Assembly: GCA_032718475.1 (NCBI GenBank)
Contig: JAUCBJ010002579.1
Coordinates: 5,314 to 69,313 of the forward strand
DNA: 64,000 nt
Origin: Nemertoderma westbladi
Taxonomy: Eukaryota; Animalia; Xenacoelomorpha
Reading direction: 5' to 3'
Position 1 is the stretch's first letter. Each line of letters begins with the position of its first letter. The position numbers and the translations under genes were made by a program. Shown one piece after another: positions 60,839-64,000 of this stretch. The notes beneath the pieces were generated by a model that was not told the DNA's origin, made no database searches, and saw only the letters and a program-made list of their open reading frames with translations.

Positions 60839-61588
60839 TTGAATATAGTTTACCAAATAATGTTTTATCTAATATTAATTATAATATTTGGCTTTTATCA
60901 TTATGAAGCAAATACATCATCCACACAACAACCAACTCATCCGCTACTAACAATTCCACTAACAACAAATCCGCTCCCAACACCACCTCCACCTCCACAA
61001 CAGACACCAGGTCCAAGACCTACTCCTCCACAAAAGACACCACCTCTAACATCTCAACCATCAACAGATTCACCTTGGCCACAAACACTTTCACCAACAT
61101 GGCCACCTACACCTCCACTAACTTGGCCACCAACACCTCCACCTCCGCCACCAACACTTCCATCTGGGCCAATAACACTTGTGCACCCAACACCTCCACC
61201 TTGGCCACCAACCTGGCCGCCACCTAGTCCGCCACCACCTTGGCCAACAAGTCCGATTGAGTTGGTCACATCATCTGGGTGTAATTTAGATCAATCAACA
61301 TCACCTGCAAATTCAACCAGATCAACAACCCAACCAGAATCAACCACCAGACAGTCAATTAATTCCACTATCCTTAATGTTGGATGTACAACTCCTCCTG
61401 AACCAACATATCAGACTAGTGCAATAGTGATCACGACTGACCCAGTTGGAATTACCGCCCCAACTGGTCCCCAACCTATAACTCCACCTCCACCTCCCCC
61501 TCCACCTCCACCACCCTTCTCCATTATCACGGAATTCATATGGGAGGCCAATGATAAGTTAGTAATAATGAGGTGTTCTAACTATTGA
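60839..61588 (+). CDS. Pro/Thr-rich low-complexity ORF; possibly an exon of a mucin/extensin-like host gene
   Basis: 750-bp open frame in AT-rich DNA; WPPTPP repeats; CCA/CCT/ACA codon bias; boundaries and gene membership not established. Confidence 0.4.
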   Translation: MNIVYQIMFYLILIIIFGFYHYEANTSSTQQPTHPLLTIPLTTNPLPTPPPPPQQTPGPRPTPPQKTPPLTSQPSTDSPWPQTLSPTWPPTPPLTWPPTPPPPPPTLPSGPITLVHPTPPPWPPTWPPPSPPPPWPTSPIELVTSSGCNLDQSTSPANSTRSTTQPESTTRQSINSTILNVGCTTPPEPTYQTSAIVITTDPVGITAPTGPQPITPPPPPPPPPPPFSIITEFIWEANDKLVIMRCSNY

Positions 61589-63189
61589 GTTAAATGTTGG
61601 CCTTTTTTTTCATGTAATACGTAAAAATTGTATTCCGCGATAAGCCTTTATCTCCTACCCCGATTCCTTTTTTTAATTTTTCGTGATCCATTCATTTAGA
61701 GGACCGTGAACATCACATTAGTATATGTATTTACAGTACTTCCTCTGATAGGTGCCAACGTGTTGGGCCATAGGAGATGACTATGGCAGCAGGATATTGA
61801 CTTCCATAATATCCAGTTCGGTTGTGGAAGTAGAGTGTACGTACTGTACACCCCAAGAGATTTATCAACATACAGTTTATCATGCAGATAAATTTATCAT
61901 ACAGTGATAAATTTCACTGCATGATAAATAAACAGTGATTTGCAGGAATTATCTCATCGGAGATAATAGGCCTCAAGGGTCTTAAAATGAAAGGACCGGA
62001 GATTCCAAGGCTTAGAAGAAATCTACAAAGATGATGTCTATGGCTGTCTCTCTTTGTGGGTTGCCACATATTCAACTCGACGTTGTTGGTATATAAATAT
62101 TGATCAGATGATGTTGAAAACTTAGTAGCAATCGTTGAAAACTTTAGTAGGCTTACTTTAGTAGGCCTTATAAAATTATCCGTTGCTAAGGTACATTCCA
62201 AGTTGCTATACAAAATTCAACATTGCATAAGGAGAATTCCTGCCTGTTTTATAGACCTCGCAGATCATATCTTTGCATAACCAGATGTTGGTACTAAAAC
62301 CACCGGTTAGGGATACTTTCGTTGCTAAGTATATTAAGGTCATTCAAATACAATTATATAATTTTCTGTAGTGAATAATGTACCAAAATGATATTAATTA
62401 TTATGTACATTTTCACATATTGACCAGATTTGTTAAATATTTTACCAAGTCACTTCCGAATTAGAGACTTCTGTTGCCAAGGCAACATTAAGAGACAATA
62501 TAGAATGTAAAATAACATTAAGAGACAATATACAGTAGAATGTAAAATTATTGTTTTAAAATTAATTGTAAAATTATTGTTTATTTTGAAATTAACCCCC
62601 ATTTAAAGTGAAGAAACATGATAAGATATATTATTTTCTTAATACCTACATTACAGGCAACAGCTATTCCACTTTAATGCCGCGACTACAAAAACAATAA
62701 TTATGCTTATGGGCAATATACAGTAGGCCTATTTCCAATGTTTCCTATTTTTAAAACATAGGAACAAGTAATACGGATGGGTTTCCAAAAAATTACTAAT
62801 GCAACTAAGTTTGATTGTGATTTTATCACAGTTGCCACACATACAGTAGTTATCACAGTAGTCATTTGTGTATACCAGATAATATAATAAACTATATGAA
62901 AAACACAATAATAACTTACACATCAGACAGTCTGCTTTATGTAATGTAGGTAGGCTACCGGTTTTACTGTAGTTATAGACAAAAATAAAATCACGTTATA
63001 AAATAAATAATTGCACTGCATTTTGAAGAAATTTAATTAAATTTTGAAAAATAAATAGAAATGAAAGACATATTATTGCGCTAAATACGATAAATATTGG
63101 ACAGAAAAGTTAAACTATTATGAGAGGTGGGGGGAGACTTGGACAAGAGAAGTTCGTTGAGGGGGGGGGGGGGGGGGGGGGGGGAATAA

Positions 63190-63750
63190 CTAAAGTAGAA
63201 GTAGTTCAATGGACGTGGTGTGGTCATTAAGGGAGGGGCTTAGCGAACGGATGTAAAGTGTTTCTTTAATATTGAGTTCTAGAATATCTTTGCCAGTTGC
63301 GAGAATTTTGAAGTTATCAGTAAGAATGGGGTGGTCACAGGAAATAGAATGGTCAAAAATAGCGGAATCTTTAGGGACAGAGAACCTACCCGTCCGGTAG
63401 GTCTTACCAGTGTGTTCCTCAATGCGTTTCCCTAGGTGTCGTATGGTACGGCCAATGTAGGAGGCTGGGCAGCTTCCACAGTTGTATTTATAGACGACTC
63501 CTGAACGCATGAGGAGGGGGGCGCAGTCTTTATAGGGAAAGAGGGAGGACAACCTACAGCTATTTTGGAAGACTATTTTGAGTTCTATATGGGGGAAGCA
63601 TCGAAATAAACGTAATAGGCGATTCTTAATTAGAATGCCGTGGTGACCTGTGAAAGGAAGGCATATCATCACGGGGCGTTTTGGAACAGACTGGGAGTTG
63701 GCTGGAGGGTTATTTAGTCTAGAGAGAAAGAGATTGGTGACAGAGTCCAT
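63190..63750 (-). mobile_element. Penelope-like element 3' end encoding a GIY-YIG endonuclease
   Basis: LPFTG, GVVYKYNCGSCPASYIGRT.RHL..RIEEH, SAIFDH, NFKIL, KETLYIR...PSLN. Confidence 0.9.
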
Positions 63751-63770
63751 AAGTGACTTATTTTTATATA

Positions 63771-63998
63771 ATTGAGGAACACACTGGTAAGACCTACCGG
63801 ACGGGCAGGTTCTCTGTCCCTAAAGATTCCGCTATTTTTGACCATTCTATTTCCTGTGACCACCCCATTCTTACTGATAACTTCAAAATTCTCGCAACTG
63901 GCAAAGATATTCTAGAACTCAATATTGAAGAAACACTTTACATCCGTTCGCTAAGCCCCTCCCTCAATGACCACACCACGTCCATTGAACTACTTTAG
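63771..63998 (+). repeat. Inverted pseudo-LTR copy of the Penelope 3' end
   Basis: Near-exact reverse complement of ~63195-63423 (IEEHTGKTY...TTSIELL). Confidence 0.9.
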
Positions 63999-64000
63999 TT

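Noticed and set aside
58459-62923. Short ORFs and possible exons around the proline-rich ORF
   Set aside because: No recognisable homology or consistent gene model could be built by eye

Overview
AT-rich, transposon-dense genomic DNA from a metazoan, probably an invertebrate; nothing supports a prokaryotic origin, rRNA, intact tRNA or CRISPR. Three host genes have uninterrupted coding regions: COMMD10 and TPGS1 (head-to-tail, 8 nt apart) and MMS22L. The rest is mostly mobile DNA: a near-complete RTE-X-like LINE (about 5.9-11.8 kb), nested non-autonomous DNA transposons and tRNA-derived SINEs (0.3-2.5 and 17-28 kb), and a Bel/Pao LTR-retrotransposon nest (28-56 kb), followed by a 22-bp minisatellite, LINE scraps, a proline-rich ORF and a Penelope-like GIY-YIG end. 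The main finding is a full-length Bel/Pao element (42739-56361, two LTRs, AGTTC target duplication) that carries, where env would normally sit, a DEDD-type 3'-5' exonuclease ORF followed by three CCHC zinc knuckles. A second, highly diverged copy of this gene can be rebuilt at 35.9-39.6 kb after removing an RTE insertion and correcting frameshifts. Both copies have an atypical YxxxE ExoIII motif. The second highlight is the COMMD10-TPGS1 pair, which looks like a bicistronic or operon-type unit. All alignments were done by eye and from memory of the families; no database search was run.
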